A stretch of DNA of 64,000 nucleotides, from the IMG/VR virus record IMGVR_UViG_3300045412_000547, one strand, 5' to 3'. The stretch's first letter is position 1. Every line of letters starts with the position of its first letter. Of this stretch, positions 19,624 to 29,402 are shown one piece after another. The stretch is from a virus. The translations under genes were made by a program, and so were the position numbers. The notes below the pieces were generated by a model that was not told the DNA's origin, made no database searches, and was given only the letters and a program-made list of their open reading frames with translations.

Positions 19624-20243
19624 TAGAAAACTATGAATTAATGCCTACCGGTGCTATAAAGCAAGTAAATATAAAACCGTTTAAATATGATTATGAGTAT
19701 ATAGAAAAGTCTTTTAATAAAATAGATAATAATTCTATGTCTTGCTTAAGGATTGGAAATATTTTAGGTACTATAGGCTATATACCTCAATCCTTACTTG
19801 ATGTGGGTTATGGCAATGGCAATTTTTTAGAGTGGTGCTCGAAGATTATTCCTAACTGTTATGGTAACGATATTGAGCCAGCTTATCCATTACCGGAGCA
19901 CATAAAATTTGTTAATAATATTACTGATCAGTTTTATGAAGTAATTACTTTTTTTGATTGTTTAGAACATTTTGCTTCTATTGATTTTTTTAATGATTTA
20001 AAGTGTAGATGGTTGGTGATAAGCTTACCATGGTGTCATTATTTTTCTGATGATTGGTTTAGATCATGGAAACATAGAAAAGTCGATGAACACATTTGGT
20101 ATTTTAATGATGATTCGTTAAGACAGACGTTAGAGCAATATAATTTTACATTAGTAAGATCAAACAATATTGAAGATACTATAAGAAAGCACGAAGCTTA
20201 TCCTAATATCTTGACACAAATATTTTTAAAAAATGAAACTTAA
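19620..20243 (+). CDS. SAM-dependent methyltransferase
   Basis: LLDVGYGNGNFL, ITFFDCLEH, EHIWYF. Confidence 0.85.
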   Translation: MIENYELMPTGAIKQVNIKPFKYDYEYIEKSFNKIDNNSMSCLRIGNILGTIGYIPQSLLDVGYGNGNFLEWCSKIIPNCYGNDIEPAYPLPEHIKFVNNITDQFYEVITFFDCLEHFASIDFFNDLKCRWLVISLPWCHYFSDDWFRSWKHRKVDEHIWYFNDDSLRQTLEQYNFTLVRSNNIEDTIRKHEAYPNILTQIFLKNET

Positions 20244-21096
20244 AATTGTTCAAGATAATTCTGCTTGTGGCCTTGGTTCTACAATTTTAAGAGTTATTCA
20301 TAATTTACAGTATATTCAAAACGACGATCTTTTATATTTTGAAATGAGAAACCTTTTATATTCAAGCAAAGGAAATACTTGGAATAAATTTTTTCACCAG
20401 CCTTTTGAAGATAAAAAAAATGAAATAGAATATTTATTTAACAAGGGAGAATACGAAATTATAACACGTTGGTATAAATGTGGTAATTTTGTTTTAGATT
20501 ATGCTAAAGATCAAAATAAAGACCAATTTTTAGATCGCGAATTTGTTGATTCGATACGTAAAATCACAAGAAAATATTTAAAAATTAAAAAAGAAATATC
20601 TGGTATAGGTAATTTTTTTGTCAAAAACAACTATGGTATGCAAAATGTTTTATCTATTCACAAAAGAGGTACAGACCATTTTGTTACAGGGGGACATGCA
20701 GCAGGACAAAAATATTTAATGGATTATAAAGCTGTGATTAAACCAGCTATAGAAAAAGCTTTAAAAGAAAATAAATGCGACAAGATATTTTTAGCTACAG
20801 ACGAGCAAGAAACATATGATAATGTAAAAAATGATTTTGGCAGTATAGTTTTAAAATATAACACAGAGCTTATGCCTACAGGTTCAGACGGTGGTCTTCA
20901 TTATTCTAATGCTTATAGTGATGACGCTAAAAAATATAAATTAGGTGTAGATATGCTCACGGATGTTATTATAATGGCTTCTTGCAAATACAGTCTGTGT
21001 ATGAGAAGTAATGTTTCTTTTTTAAATATTCTACTTCGGGATAATTACAATTATGAATTTATTGACAACCATATTGATTATGGAAGATGGTATTGA
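20233..21096 (+). CDS. NodZ/GT23-like fucosyltransferase-fold protein
   Basis: GLGS, SIHKRGTDH, IFLATD, SNVS motifs. Confidence 0.75.
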   Translation: MKLKIVQDNSACGLGSTILRVIHNLQYIQNDDLLYFEMRNLLYSSKGNTWNKFFHQPFEDKKNEIEYLFNKGEYEIITRWYKCGNFVLDYAKDQNKDQFLDREFVDSIRKITRKYLKIKKEISGIGNFFVKNNYGMQNVLSIHKRGTDHFVTGGHAAGQKYLMDYKAVIKPAIEKALKENKCDKIFLATDEQETYDNVKNDFGSIVLKYNTELMPTGSDGGLHYSNAYSDDAKKYKLGVDMLTDVIIMASCKYSLCMRSNVSFLNILLRDNYNYEFIDNHIDYGRWY

Positions 21097-21114
21097 TTAT
21101 GGAAAGGTTAGATA

Positions 21115-21957
21115 ATGATAAAAGTAAACTTATTTGATGGTACGTTCGGACATTCTTTAAATGAGAATGGGTTTCTAACTTCTACAAAAGATAGAAAACC
21201 TACGTTAATTTCATATAAAGAAAAATTAATGTCTTATGATGGTATAACTGTTTTTAGTGATGAATATATGTACAGTGATTTTCCCGAACAGGTCAAAACA
21301 AAAACTAAGGTTGGATGGTGTATTGAATCGCCTGGTGTTAAACCTCAAGTTACGCAAAATTTAGAAAAAATAGATAACCGGTTCGATTATATCATCACCT
21401 TTAGAAGAGATTTAATTGAAAAAAATCCAAAAAAATATCTACCGGCTATTGTTGGTGGTACTTGGATAAACGAAAATGATCATGGGTTATATAAAGATGA
21501 AAAATCTAAAAATTGTTCTATTATACTTTCAGGTAAATCCTTTTTACCCGGACAGCAATTAAGACATGCAATTTATCGTCAAGTACAGGGTATAGATGCA
21601 TTTGGCGGTGGTACTAAAACCGGACACATATTCGATAAATTAGATTCTTTAAAGAACTATAAGTTTACTTTTGTTATCGAAAACTGTCAATACTATAATT
21701 ATTTTACAGAAAAACTTATAGATGCTTTTGTAACAGGCTGTATACCTATATATTGGGGCTGTCCTAATATAGGTGATTTTTTTGATTTAAAAGGATTAAT
21801 TTTGTTTAATAGTTTAACTGATATTAAAAAGCTAAAACTATCTAATAATTATTTTATTGAAAGGTCAGTTAATATTAAAAATAACTTTAAAAAAGCACAA
21901 GAGTACCTCTCTTCGGATGATTCTTTAGCTAAAACAATAAAAAAATATATTTTATGA
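21115..21957 (+). CDS. Alpha-1,3-fucosyltransferase, GT10 family
   Basis: YKFTFVIEN...YFTEKLIDAF..GCIPIYWG. Confidence 0.9.
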   Translation: MIKVNLFDGTFGHSLNENGFLTSTKDRKPTLISYKEKLMSYDGITVFSDEYMYSDFPEQVKTKTKVGWCIESPGVKPQVTQNLEKIDNRFDYIITFRRDLIEKNPKKYLPAIVGGTWINENDHGLYKDEKSKNCSIILSGKSFLPGQQLRHAIYRQVQGIDAFGGGTKTGHIFDKLDSLKNYKFTFVIENCQYYNYFTEKLIDAFVTGCIPIYWGCPNIGDFFDLKGLILFNSLTDIKKLKLSNNYFIERSVNIKNNFKKAQEYLSSDDSLAKTIKKYIL

Positions 21958-22946
21958 AATATGCATTAGTATGTGGCGCAGGTGGTTTTATTGGAAACCA
22001 TTTAGTAAATAAATTAAAAGATCTTGGTTACTGGGTAAGAGGAGTAGATTTAAAATCTCCAGAATTTAGCAGTACAAATGCAGATGATTTTATTGTAGGT
22101 GATTTACGAGACAGACAAATAGTAAAAGATAGTTTATATGTATTGAAAGATAGCAATACAAACAGTAAAGAAATTTATGTAGATGAAATATATCAATTAG
22201 CTGCTGATATGGGCGGAGCAGGATATATTTTTACTGGTGATCATGATGCCGATGTAATGCATAATTCTGCATCGATTAATTTAAATGTTGTTGATCTGGC
22301 TACTAAATTTAAAGTTAAAAAATTATTTTACAGTAGTAGTGCATGCATGTATCCGGAGCATAATCAATTGGACCCTGATAACCCAAATTGTGAAGAAAGC
22401 TCTGCATACCCAGCTAATCCAGACAGCGAATACGGTTGGGAGAAATTATTTAGTGAACGTTTATATTTAGCTTATAAGCGAAATTATGGGTTAAACGTAA
22501 AGATTGCTCGTTTTCATAATATTTTTGGCCCGCTCGGCTCATGGAATAACGGAAAAGAGAAAGCTCCCGCTGCTATTTGTAGAAAAGTGGCCCAAGCAGT
22601 TGACGGGGGCGAAATTGAGATTTGGGGAGACGGTAATCAAACGAGAAGCTTTTTGTATGTTGATGAATGTTTAGATGGGATTATTAAATTAATGGAATCT
22701 AATTTTGAAGGCCCTGTAAATATAGGATCTGAAGAAAAAGTTTCTATTAATCAATTAGTAAATATTGTTTCTAAAATAGCAGGTAAAACTTTAATTAAAA
22801 AGCATATTAAAGGGCCTACAGGAGTAAGAGGTAGAAATTCAGATAATAAACTGATTAAAGAAAAAGTTGGATGGGCACCATCTCAACCTCTAGAAGTAGG
22901 CCTTAGTAAAACGTATGCTTGGATCAATAAAATGATATATGTATGA
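21954..22946 (+). CDS. GDP-mannose 3,5-epimerase-like SDR
   Basis: GAGGFIG, LAADMGGAGYI, YSSSACMYPE, YGWEKL, RFHNIFGP, EKAPAAICRK, GVRGRNSDN: characteristic GME motifs. Confidence 0.85.
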   Translation: MKYALVCGAGGFIGNHLVNKLKDLGYWVRGVDLKSPEFSSTNADDFIVGDLRDRQIVKDSLYVLKDSNTNSKEIYVDEIYQLAADMGGAGYIFTGDHDADVMHNSASINLNVVDLATKFKVKKLFYSSSACMYPEHNQLDPDNPNCEESSAYPANPDSEYGWEKLFSERLYLAYKRNYGLNVKIARFHNIFGPLGSWNNGKEKAPAAICRKVAQAVDGGEIEIWGDGNQTRSFLYVDECLDGIIKLMESNFEGPVNIGSEEKVSINQLVNIVSKIAGKTLIKKHIKGPTGVRGRNSDNKLIKEKVGWAPSQPLEVGLSKTYAWINKMIYV

Positions 22947-23000
22947 CTATTATTGAACTTATTTTTTTTATTGCAGTTCTTGCTTACCTTATTAAAATAA

Positions 23001-23603
23001 TTGGAGAACATTAATGTGATTTCTGAAGACATTAAAATTTATGACGGTAGTTTAATTCACAGTCGCTTTGCTTATAAATTCTTCAAAGAACGTACATTAC
23101 CTATTGGAAATATTCTAGCGTTTCGTGCGCCTATGAAAGTTGAAGCAGAAGGAATGATTGATACTGAGGACGTTTTAAATAATGATTTTATTTATAGTGA
23201 AGATGCTATTAATTTTGTTTGGGAAATACCATATTTAGATCCTTTTGGCGCGGTTGCCTGGCAAAGACTGTTTAATACGCAGGTAGCAAATATTTTAAGT
23301 ACTTCTTACCTTAAGGCCCCTATTACTGTAGACGGAGACGATATGATCGTTCAGAAAGAGCATACTCAAGGCGGTGTCACCCAAACTAGTGGTAAATGCA
23401 GTGTGAGTATAACTTATGTAAAGAACGGAACTGCGCTAGGTCATACAGGTATTAATATTAAAGCCGGTAAAAAAGCTCCTGCATTTGCTTTTTCTACTAA
23501 TTTAGATGATACCCAGGCTATCGGGCTTATGCAGGATGCAATAAAGCTTTTTTATACTTTAAACGATGATATTTTTATCGCTACTACTAAAGTTATCACT
23601 TGA
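23001..23603 (+). CDS. DUF366 family protein (biotin/lipoate-ligase-like fold)
   Basis: YDGSLIH...AFRAPMKV...MIDTED...IYSEDAINF.WE...QRL...GDD...KCSVSI...HTGINI; true start may be GTG at 23016. Confidence 0.75.
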   Translation: MENINVISEDIKIYDGSLIHSRFAYKFFKERTLPIGNILAFRAPMKVEAEGMIDTEDVLNNDFIYSEDAINFVWEIPYLDPFGAVAWQRLFNTQVANILSTSYLKAPITVDGDDMIVQKEHTQGGVTQTSGKCSVSITYVKNGTALGHTGINIKAGKKAPAFAFSTNLDDTQAIGLMQDAIKLFYTLNDDIFIATTKVIT

Positions 23604-23968
23604 GTACAATTTTTGATTTTTTAAGCGATATTTTATTTACAAAAAATAAGACTGCATATAAGTCTATTGATGATAGTAAATCATTCTCACCATACCTCAT
23701 AAATCGATGGATTAGTATGTATTCTCCAGATTGTGCTTTAATGGTAAATAGCATTGGAAAATATATATCAACATTTGAAAACAAACTCGACTTTTACAAT
23801 CTTTTAGTAGCTGTAATACCAAAAAAAGTTAGAAAAAATATAAGCTATGTAAAGAAAATTAAAGACGAGACAAAACCTAAAGAGGATAGTATTGATTTAG
23901 TTGGGCTTCTTAGTAAAAAACACGAAATTTCTAAAAGAGAAGTAAAGGAATATCTATCGATTGAATAA
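23600..23968 (+). CDS. 62: Clamp loader small subunit (T4 gp62-like)
   Basis: IFDFLSDI...FSPYLINRWISM...ISKREVKEYL. Confidence 0.65.
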   Translation: MSTIFDFLSDILFTKNKTAYKSIDDSKSFSPYLINRWISMYSPDCALMVNSIGKYISTFENKLDFYNLLVAVIPKKVRKNISYVKKIKDETKPKEDSIDLVGLLSKKHEISKREVKEYLSIE

Positions 23969-23994
23969 ATAAAGCGCTCGCATAAGTCATTTTA

Positions 23995-24441
23995 ATGAGC
24001 GCGAATATAGACTTATTATCTGTCAAAAAGTCATTAATTGACTTATCGGAGACACCTAAAAATTCATTTAATTCAGTTTTTACAGGTTATAATTTAAAAA
24101 AACTTTTAGATGATATTTTATTAGTAAAGTTTGTTGATGAAGCTGAGGACGGGGCTTCTATTATTAGAAACGGTATAGTTGTTCCTCTTAATACAGATAC
24201 CCGTGCATGGAGAATAGGAGAAGTTATACTTGCGGGCCCCAATATTAAATATACCCAGATTGGCGATTACGTATGCTTTCCTAACAATCTTGGAATACCG
24301 ATAGCTAATTTAGATGTAGATAATTATGGTACATTAAAAAAAGGAGTATTCCTAAATGAACAGAGAATTTTTGGTATTTGTTCATTAAGGAAAGATAATG
24401 AAAGTGTCGCTTCCCACATTAAAAAACGTTCTTCTAAGTAA
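23995..24441 (+). CDS. GroES-like co-chaperonin (gp31 analogue)
   Basis: DDILLV...NGIVVP...GEVILAGP...IGDYVCF...LNEQRIFG. Confidence 0.7.
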   Translation: MSANIDLLSVKKSLIDLSETPKNSFNSVFTGYNLKKLLDDILLVKFVDEAEDGASIIRNGIVVPLNTDTRAWRIGEVILAGPNIKYTQIGDYVCFPNNLGIPIANLDVDNYGTLKKGVFLNEQRIFGICSLRKDNESVASHIKKRSSK

Positions 24442-24775
24442 TGTGGGGGAAATAAAATTTATTCGTAGGAGACCAAAGCTTGGTTCTCCTCCTACTAGAC
24501 GTATGCTTTGTACAAATAGTTTAAAGCTTTTAAATAGTACAGAAGGTAGACTTGCTTTAAATTATAGGCCTGCTATGCGTACTCCTCGTTTTAATCCTAC
24601 AGAAAAAAATCTTTTAATAACCTGGGACATCTTTATGCAGGATTATCGTTGTGTTAATATGTCAGCCTGCGAGCTTATTACATTTATACCTGCAGGTCAA
24701 GAGTTTTGGAAATACTTTAATGAAGTATTAGCCGGTATGTCTCAAAAACAAAAAATAGATTTTATGAACGCATGA
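24398..24775 (+). CDS. SH3/Sm-like beta-barrel protein (DUF2693/WYL_2-like)
   Basis: IKFIRR...RRMLCT...TWDI..QDYR pattern. Confidence 0.5.
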   Translation: MKVSLPTLKNVLLSNVGEIKFIRRRPKLGSPPTRRMLCTNSLKLLNSTEGRLALNYRPAMRTPRFNPTEKNLLITWDIFMQDYRCVNMSACELITFIPAGQEFWKYFNEVLAGMSQKQKIDFMNA

Positions 24776-25119
24776 CATCTGTTGAACAAATAGAAAAAAG
24801 TGTAAATAACTTTCTTCAAAAGAAAGTCAAATTTTTACTTGATACTAAGACTTTAAAAGAGGGTAAGATACTATTATTTTGTTTAAAAGATTTTTACTGT
24901 ATTTTTACGCTTATATCTGAGGTAAAAAATAATAAAAAAATATTATATGAGATCCCCTACCCTTTTAATATAGAAGTTTTTGATGAAAAAATAGTTTTTG
25001 ATTATACGGTTGATACTTTTTGTAGAGGAGATAAGAATTTAAAAGATATTATTAATAGAATTAAGACAAAGAAACCTTTTAAACTTTTTAATAAAAAACT
25101 TACAATTTTATCTGTATAA
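24772..25119 (+). CDS. Hypothetical protein
   Basis: 115-aa ORF with ATGA overlap; EGK and EIPYPF motifs. Confidence 0.55.
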   Translation: MTSVEQIEKSVNNFLQKKVKFLLDTKTLKEGKILLFCLKDFYCIFTLISEVKNNKKILYEIPYPFNIEVFDEKIVFDYTVDTFCRGDKNLKDIINRIKTKKPFKLFNKKLTILSV

Positions 25120-25148
25120 TTTGAATTATAATAAGATATAATATTAAT

Positions 25149-26780
25149 GTGCTGAGTAGATATTTAGGTCACTTCCCAAAAGAATACAACCCTAGTTCCC
25201 AGCAAGTAAAATTAATTAAAGGTGTTGAGAGAGCGTTTAATAATAGTAAAAAATTTGTTGTTTGTAGTGCTCCAACGGGGTCGGGTAAAAGTTTTTTAGC
25301 TAAAACATTATCCGGATTAAGTCAAAAACCTTCTACAGAATTTAAAAATTTAATTACTTCATATAAGGCTTATAAGCAAGATTACGTGGGTAATTATAAT
25401 CATGAAGTAGAATGCTTATCGGAACCCCCATTCGGGACATTTGCTTTAACTATAACGAAATCACTTCAAGATCAGTATTTAAAATTATTTCCTGATACCG
25501 ACTTATTAAAAGGCAAAACTAACTATGCCTGCAATGTAGATACAAGATTCGATGTTGAAACCGCCCCTTGTGTGTTTTTACCAAAGCTGAGGGACGATTG
25601 TTGGGAGAAAAACTTTTGTGCTTACTATACACAAAGAAACAAATCATTACTTTCCCAATTTTCAGTTTTAAACTATAAAATGTTTTTAAGTCTACCAAAC
25701 CATGTGAAGCGGAAAAACTTTATTATTTGTGACGAAGCATCGGAATTAGAAGATGAGCTTGTTAAGAGATTTTCTGCAGAAATTATATATGATAAATTAA
25801 GAAATTATGGTATAGAGTATAAGCCTATTATATCAGAAAACCGTGAAAGAGCGTTTAGCTGGACTAACGATTTAATTTTAACATTAAGCGAAAAAATAAA
25901 TACACTCATAGTAAAAGCATCTAAGAAAGAAGGAGCTTTATCACAGCCTGATCGCATAAAGCTTTTATATTTAAAAAATATTCACCGCTCGTTACTCACC
26001 GTAAATGCAAATTGGAGAGAAAGCGAATACATTGTCGATTTTGATGCAAAAAAAGTTTCATTTTTACCATTACGCGTAAATAGACTTTCCAAACATATCT
26101 TCGATTATGCTGATAATATTTTGCTTATGTCTGCTACTATTATTGATCATAAAAATTTTGCACGGAGTCTAGGAATAGAAGATTATACGTATGTTGAGGT
26201 TGATAGTGATTTTGATTCGCAAAAATCTCCTATATATGTAACATCAAAAAATAAGCTTAACTATAAAAATATAAAAAATGTTTTACCTGTTATTTGTGAT
26301 CAAATAAAGTCTATTGTCAATCATCATATCACAGAAAAAGGAATTATACATACCCATTCTAATGAAATTACCGAAACATTAAAAACAAAACTTAAAGATA
26401 ATTGCCGGTTTTTATTTCGCGATGATCTTACCAATAATGAAGAAATTTTAAAAGAGCATTTTGAATCGCATTTACCAACAATTTTAGTAAGCCCTTCTTT
26501 AGCATATGGTATAGATTTAAAAGACGACTTAGCGCGGTTTCAAATTATAGTAAAATTACCATATCCACCTTTATCATCTAAAAGAATTAAAAAACTTTTT
26601 GATTTAGATAAAGATTGGTATGAAAATAAAATGCTAAATGCACTAGTACAGGCTTGCGGGCGTGCAACAAGAAGTAAGCAAGATTTTTCAACTACATACA
26701 TACTGGATGGTAATATTTTTAATACACTTAAACGCGTAAAAGTCAAACTTCCGAAATATTTTATAGATAGAATTTGTTAA
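25149..26780 (+). CDS. DinG/Rad3-like helicase
   Basis: APTGSGKS, LQDQY, LKGKTNYAC (Cys cluster), ICDEA, MSAT, QACGRATR. Confidence 0.88.
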   Translation: MLSRYLGHFPKEYNPSSQQVKLIKGVERAFNNSKKFVVCSAPTGSGKSFLAKTLSGLSQKPSTEFKNLITSYKAYKQDYVGNYNHEVECLSEPPFGTFALTITKSLQDQYLKLFPDTDLLKGKTNYACNVDTRFDVETAPCVFLPKLRDDCWEKNFCAYYTQRNKSLLSQFSVLNYKMFLSLPNHVKRKNFIICDEASELEDELVKRFSAEIIYDKLRNYGIEYKPIISENRERAFSWTNDLILTLSEKINTLIVKASKKEGALSQPDRIKLLYLKNIHRSLLTVNANWRESEYIVDFDAKKVSFLPLRVNRLSKHIFDYADNILLMSATIIDHKNFARSLGIEDYTYVEVDSDFDSQKSPIYVTSKNKLNYKNIKNVLPVICDQIKSIVNHHITEKGIIHTHSNEITETLKTKLKDNCRFLFRDDLTNNEEILKEHFESHLPTILVSPSLAYGIDLKDDLARFQIIVKLPYPPLSSKRIKKLFDLDKDWYENKMLNALVQACGRATRSKQDFSTTYILDGNIFNTLKRVKVKLPKYFIDRIC

Positions 26781-26788
26781 ATAATAAA

Positions 26789-27562
26789 GTGAGGAACCGT
26801 ACATTTAATTTCGAGGTAAAGGACCTTGTTACTCAGTTCGTTGCGGCTTTTGACGATATTATTATCAAAAGATACGACAAGAATAGGGTAGCCCAAAGTT
26901 TACTTCAAGTCAGATATGTTTATTCCCCAAAACAAAGAGTAATGTACGATTTGGTCAACAAGGCGCAGAACATAACGGTACCAGTTGTTGCTATAAGCAT
27001 TTCAAACGTTGCAAGAGACGAAACTCGTGTTTTTAATAAATTGGCTGGTTTTAATTTCCCTGGGTCAAATTTAAATGTTAAGTCTAATTTTTTAGCTAGC
27101 CCAATACCTATTAACATAACTGTCAATATGTCTATCCTTTCAAAGTTTCAATCTGATATGGATCAGATTATTTCAAACTTTGTACCTTACAACAACCCCT
27201 ATATAATAATATCTTGGAAAATACCATCTGATTTACTAAGTCAAAAACAAGAGATTAGAAGTGAAATATTGTGGAGCGGTAGTATTAATCTTACTTACCC
27301 TACTGATATAAATGCATCAGAAAAATATAAGATTGTTGGTGATACTTCATTTACAATAAAAGGTTGGATGTTTCAAGTTAAACAGCAAGATGTGGGCAAT
27401 ATCTATCAAATTGATACTCACTTCCACGCTCAAAGAAATGTTCCACTTTATGATGATGTTACTACATTAATGATGGGTACAAGTACATTGTCTGAAACCG
27501 AATCATTTAGTCTATCTGGTAGCCCTCTTATTACAGATGTTATATACTCATACCCGGGGTGA
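26789..27562 (+). CDS. 15: Tail sheath stabiliser/terminator (T4 gp15-like)
   Basis: FVAAFDDIIIKR...VRYVYSPKQR...DQIISNFVPYNNP...FTIKGWMF. Confidence 0.75.
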   Translation: MRNRTFNFEVKDLVTQFVAAFDDIIIKRYDKNRVAQSLLQVRYVYSPKQRVMYDLVNKAQNITVPVVAISISNVARDETRVFNKLAGFNFPGSNLNVKSNFLASPIPINITVNMSILSKFQSDMDQIISNFVPYNNPYIIISWKIPSDLLSQKQEIRSEILWSGSINLTYPTDINASEKYKIVGDTSFTIKGWMFQVKQQDVGNIYQIDTHFHAQRNVPLYDDVTTLMMGTSTLSETESFSLSGSPLITDVIYSYPG

Positions 27563-27591
27563 TGTTTATACCTTTATGTTTGAATACTTTT

Positions 27592-27599
27592 AATAAATA
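27592..27599 (+). promoter_or_regulatory. T4-type late promoter upstream of portal
   Basis: AATAAATA 5 nt before ATG; gp55 is encoded in the window. Confidence 0.7.
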
Positions 27600-27604
27600 A
27601 TATT

Positions 27605-29398
27605 ATGGCTGATTCCAATAGGGAAAGTACGTTTGGTCGGGACTTAATGAAGTTTATTTCGAATAAGCTTCCTTACAAAGAACTCTCTCTTGCTGATAAA
27701 ATTAACGATCTTAATCCCAAGTACAATCTATTTTTTGATAAAGGTACAAAGAAAAGCGAAGCTTTAGCAAGACAAAGTGTTTCATCATCTGTCTTATATA
27801 CAGATGACCTTGTAGCCAATGTCTTACAAAATAAAGATTATCACGAATTCATGTATGCAAACATACAACCGGATAAATCTCGCCGGTTAATGGATTATCG
27901 CGTTATGGCAGCTTTTTCAGAAGTTGCTAACGCTTTGGATGAAATATGTGATGAATTTATTAATAAGGATGATAATGGAGAAATAGTAAAGTTAAAATTT
28001 CGTGATGTAAATTTATCAGAAGACGTAAAGCAAGAAATTAAAAAAGAGTTTCAAAAATATATAGGTTATTTTGATTTAGAACATAACGGTTGGGAGTATG
28101 TAAGACAAATGCTCGTAGATGCAGAGATATATTTTGAACATATTATTCATAAAAAATTTCCCGAAGAAGGTGTTCTTGGCGTAATACAAATACCCTCCGA
28201 TCTAATTGATCCTATTTTTGGTAACGTACAAAACATGTTGATTAAGGGTTATCTTTTAAAGAAGCCTGTTTTTGATTTAAAGAATCCAACTAAGATTATT
28301 AAAACTGAATTTGTACCTATGGACGTTAATCAAGTAACGTACATTAATTCAGGCATATGGAATGAAAGCAAAACTGTTCGTCTTCCTTTTATAGAAAATG
28401 CGCGCCGAGCATATCGCCAGCTTAGCCTTATAGAAGATTCTATCGTTATTTATAGACTTGTCAGGGCTCCGGAGCGGTTAGTTTTTAATGTTGATGTAGG
28501 TAATATGCCCCCTCCAAAAGCAGAAGCTTACTTAAGAAAGCTTATGCAACAATATTGGAGTAAAAAAACTTTTGATGCTGATCAAGCAGCCACCGTTCAA
28601 AAATTTAACCCTCAATCAATGTTAGATAGTTTTTGGTTTGCTAAAAGAGCGGGCAGTGAAGGCACTACAGTTACGCCTTTACCTGGTGGCCAGAACCTTG
28701 GTGAACTTACAGATTTGATGTATTTTGTTCAAAAATTATACAAAGCTTTAAAAGTACCGGTTACGAGAATTAACCCAGAAGACACATACAAAGATGGCGC
28801 TGATATTCTTAGAGAAGAGTTAAAATTTGCTCGATTTATTATAAGGCTACAACAAACTTTTACATCAGGTTTCAAAAACGGCTTTATTACTCATTTAAAG
28901 CTTAAAAAACTTTGGGAAAAACATGAATTAAAAGAAACACATTTAGATTTATATTTTAATGTTCCAACTAACTTTTATGAGTTAAGGGAAAACCAAAAAT
29001 TTCAATTAAAAGCTGAAAACTTTAATGCTATCACTCAGAGTGAATTAGTATCTAAAACTTATGCTCAAAAGAAATACCTTGGTTGGTCTGAAACAGACAT
29101 TATGGCAAATAGAGAATTTTTACGCAAAGATAGAGAATTGCTTTGGGAGTTAGATCAGATTACACAAGGCGGTCCGGATTGGAGAGAGGGTGGGGTAGCT
29201 GCCGCGGGTGGTGGTCAACCATCTGAAGGTGGCGGTGCGTTAGGCGGCCCTAGCGGGTTACCACCGGCCCCTCCTGAATTTGGACCTGGCCCGGGACCTG
29301 AAGCTGGTGGCGCGCCTCCTGCAGGCGGTGCACCGACCCCTGGCGGAGCAGCTCCTGCCGGGGGGGCTGGAGGAGCAGGAGGGCCTACACCGGCTTAA
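27605..29398 (+). CDS. 20: Portal protein (T4 gp20) with Gly/Pro/Ala-rich C-terminal tail
   Basis: EDSIVIYRLVRAPERLVFNVDVGNMPPPKAEAYL, LPGGQNLGE, YKALKVP. Confidence 0.97.
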   Translation: MADSNRESTFGRDLMKFISNKLPYKELSLADKINDLNPKYNLFFDKGTKKSEALARQSVSSSVLYTDDLVANVLQNKDYHEFMYANIQPDKSRRLMDYRVMAAFSEVANALDEICDEFINKDDNGEIVKLKFRDVNLSEDVKQEIKKEFQKYIGYFDLEHNGWEYVRQMLVDAEIYFEHIIHKKFPEEGVLGVIQIPSDLIDPIFGNVQNMLIKGYLLKKPVFDLKNPTKIIKTEFVPMDVNQVTYINSGIWNESKTVRLPFIENARRAYRQLSLIEDSIVIYRLVRAPERLVFNVDVGNMPPPKAEAYLRKLMQQYWSKKTFDADQAATVQKFNPQSMLDSFWFAKRAGSEGTTVTPLPGGQNLGELTDLMYFVQKLYKALKVPVTRINPEDTYKDGADILREELKFARFIIRLQQTFTSGFKNGFITHLKLKKLWEKHELKETHLDLYFNVPTNFYELRENQKFQLKAENFNAITQSELVSKTYAQKKYLGWSETDIMANREFLRKDRELLWELDQITQGGPDWREGGVAAAGGGQPSEGGGALGGPSGLPPAPPEFGPGPGPEAGGAPPAGGAPTPGGAAPAGGAGGAGGPTPA

Positions 29399-29402
29399 TT
29401 AA

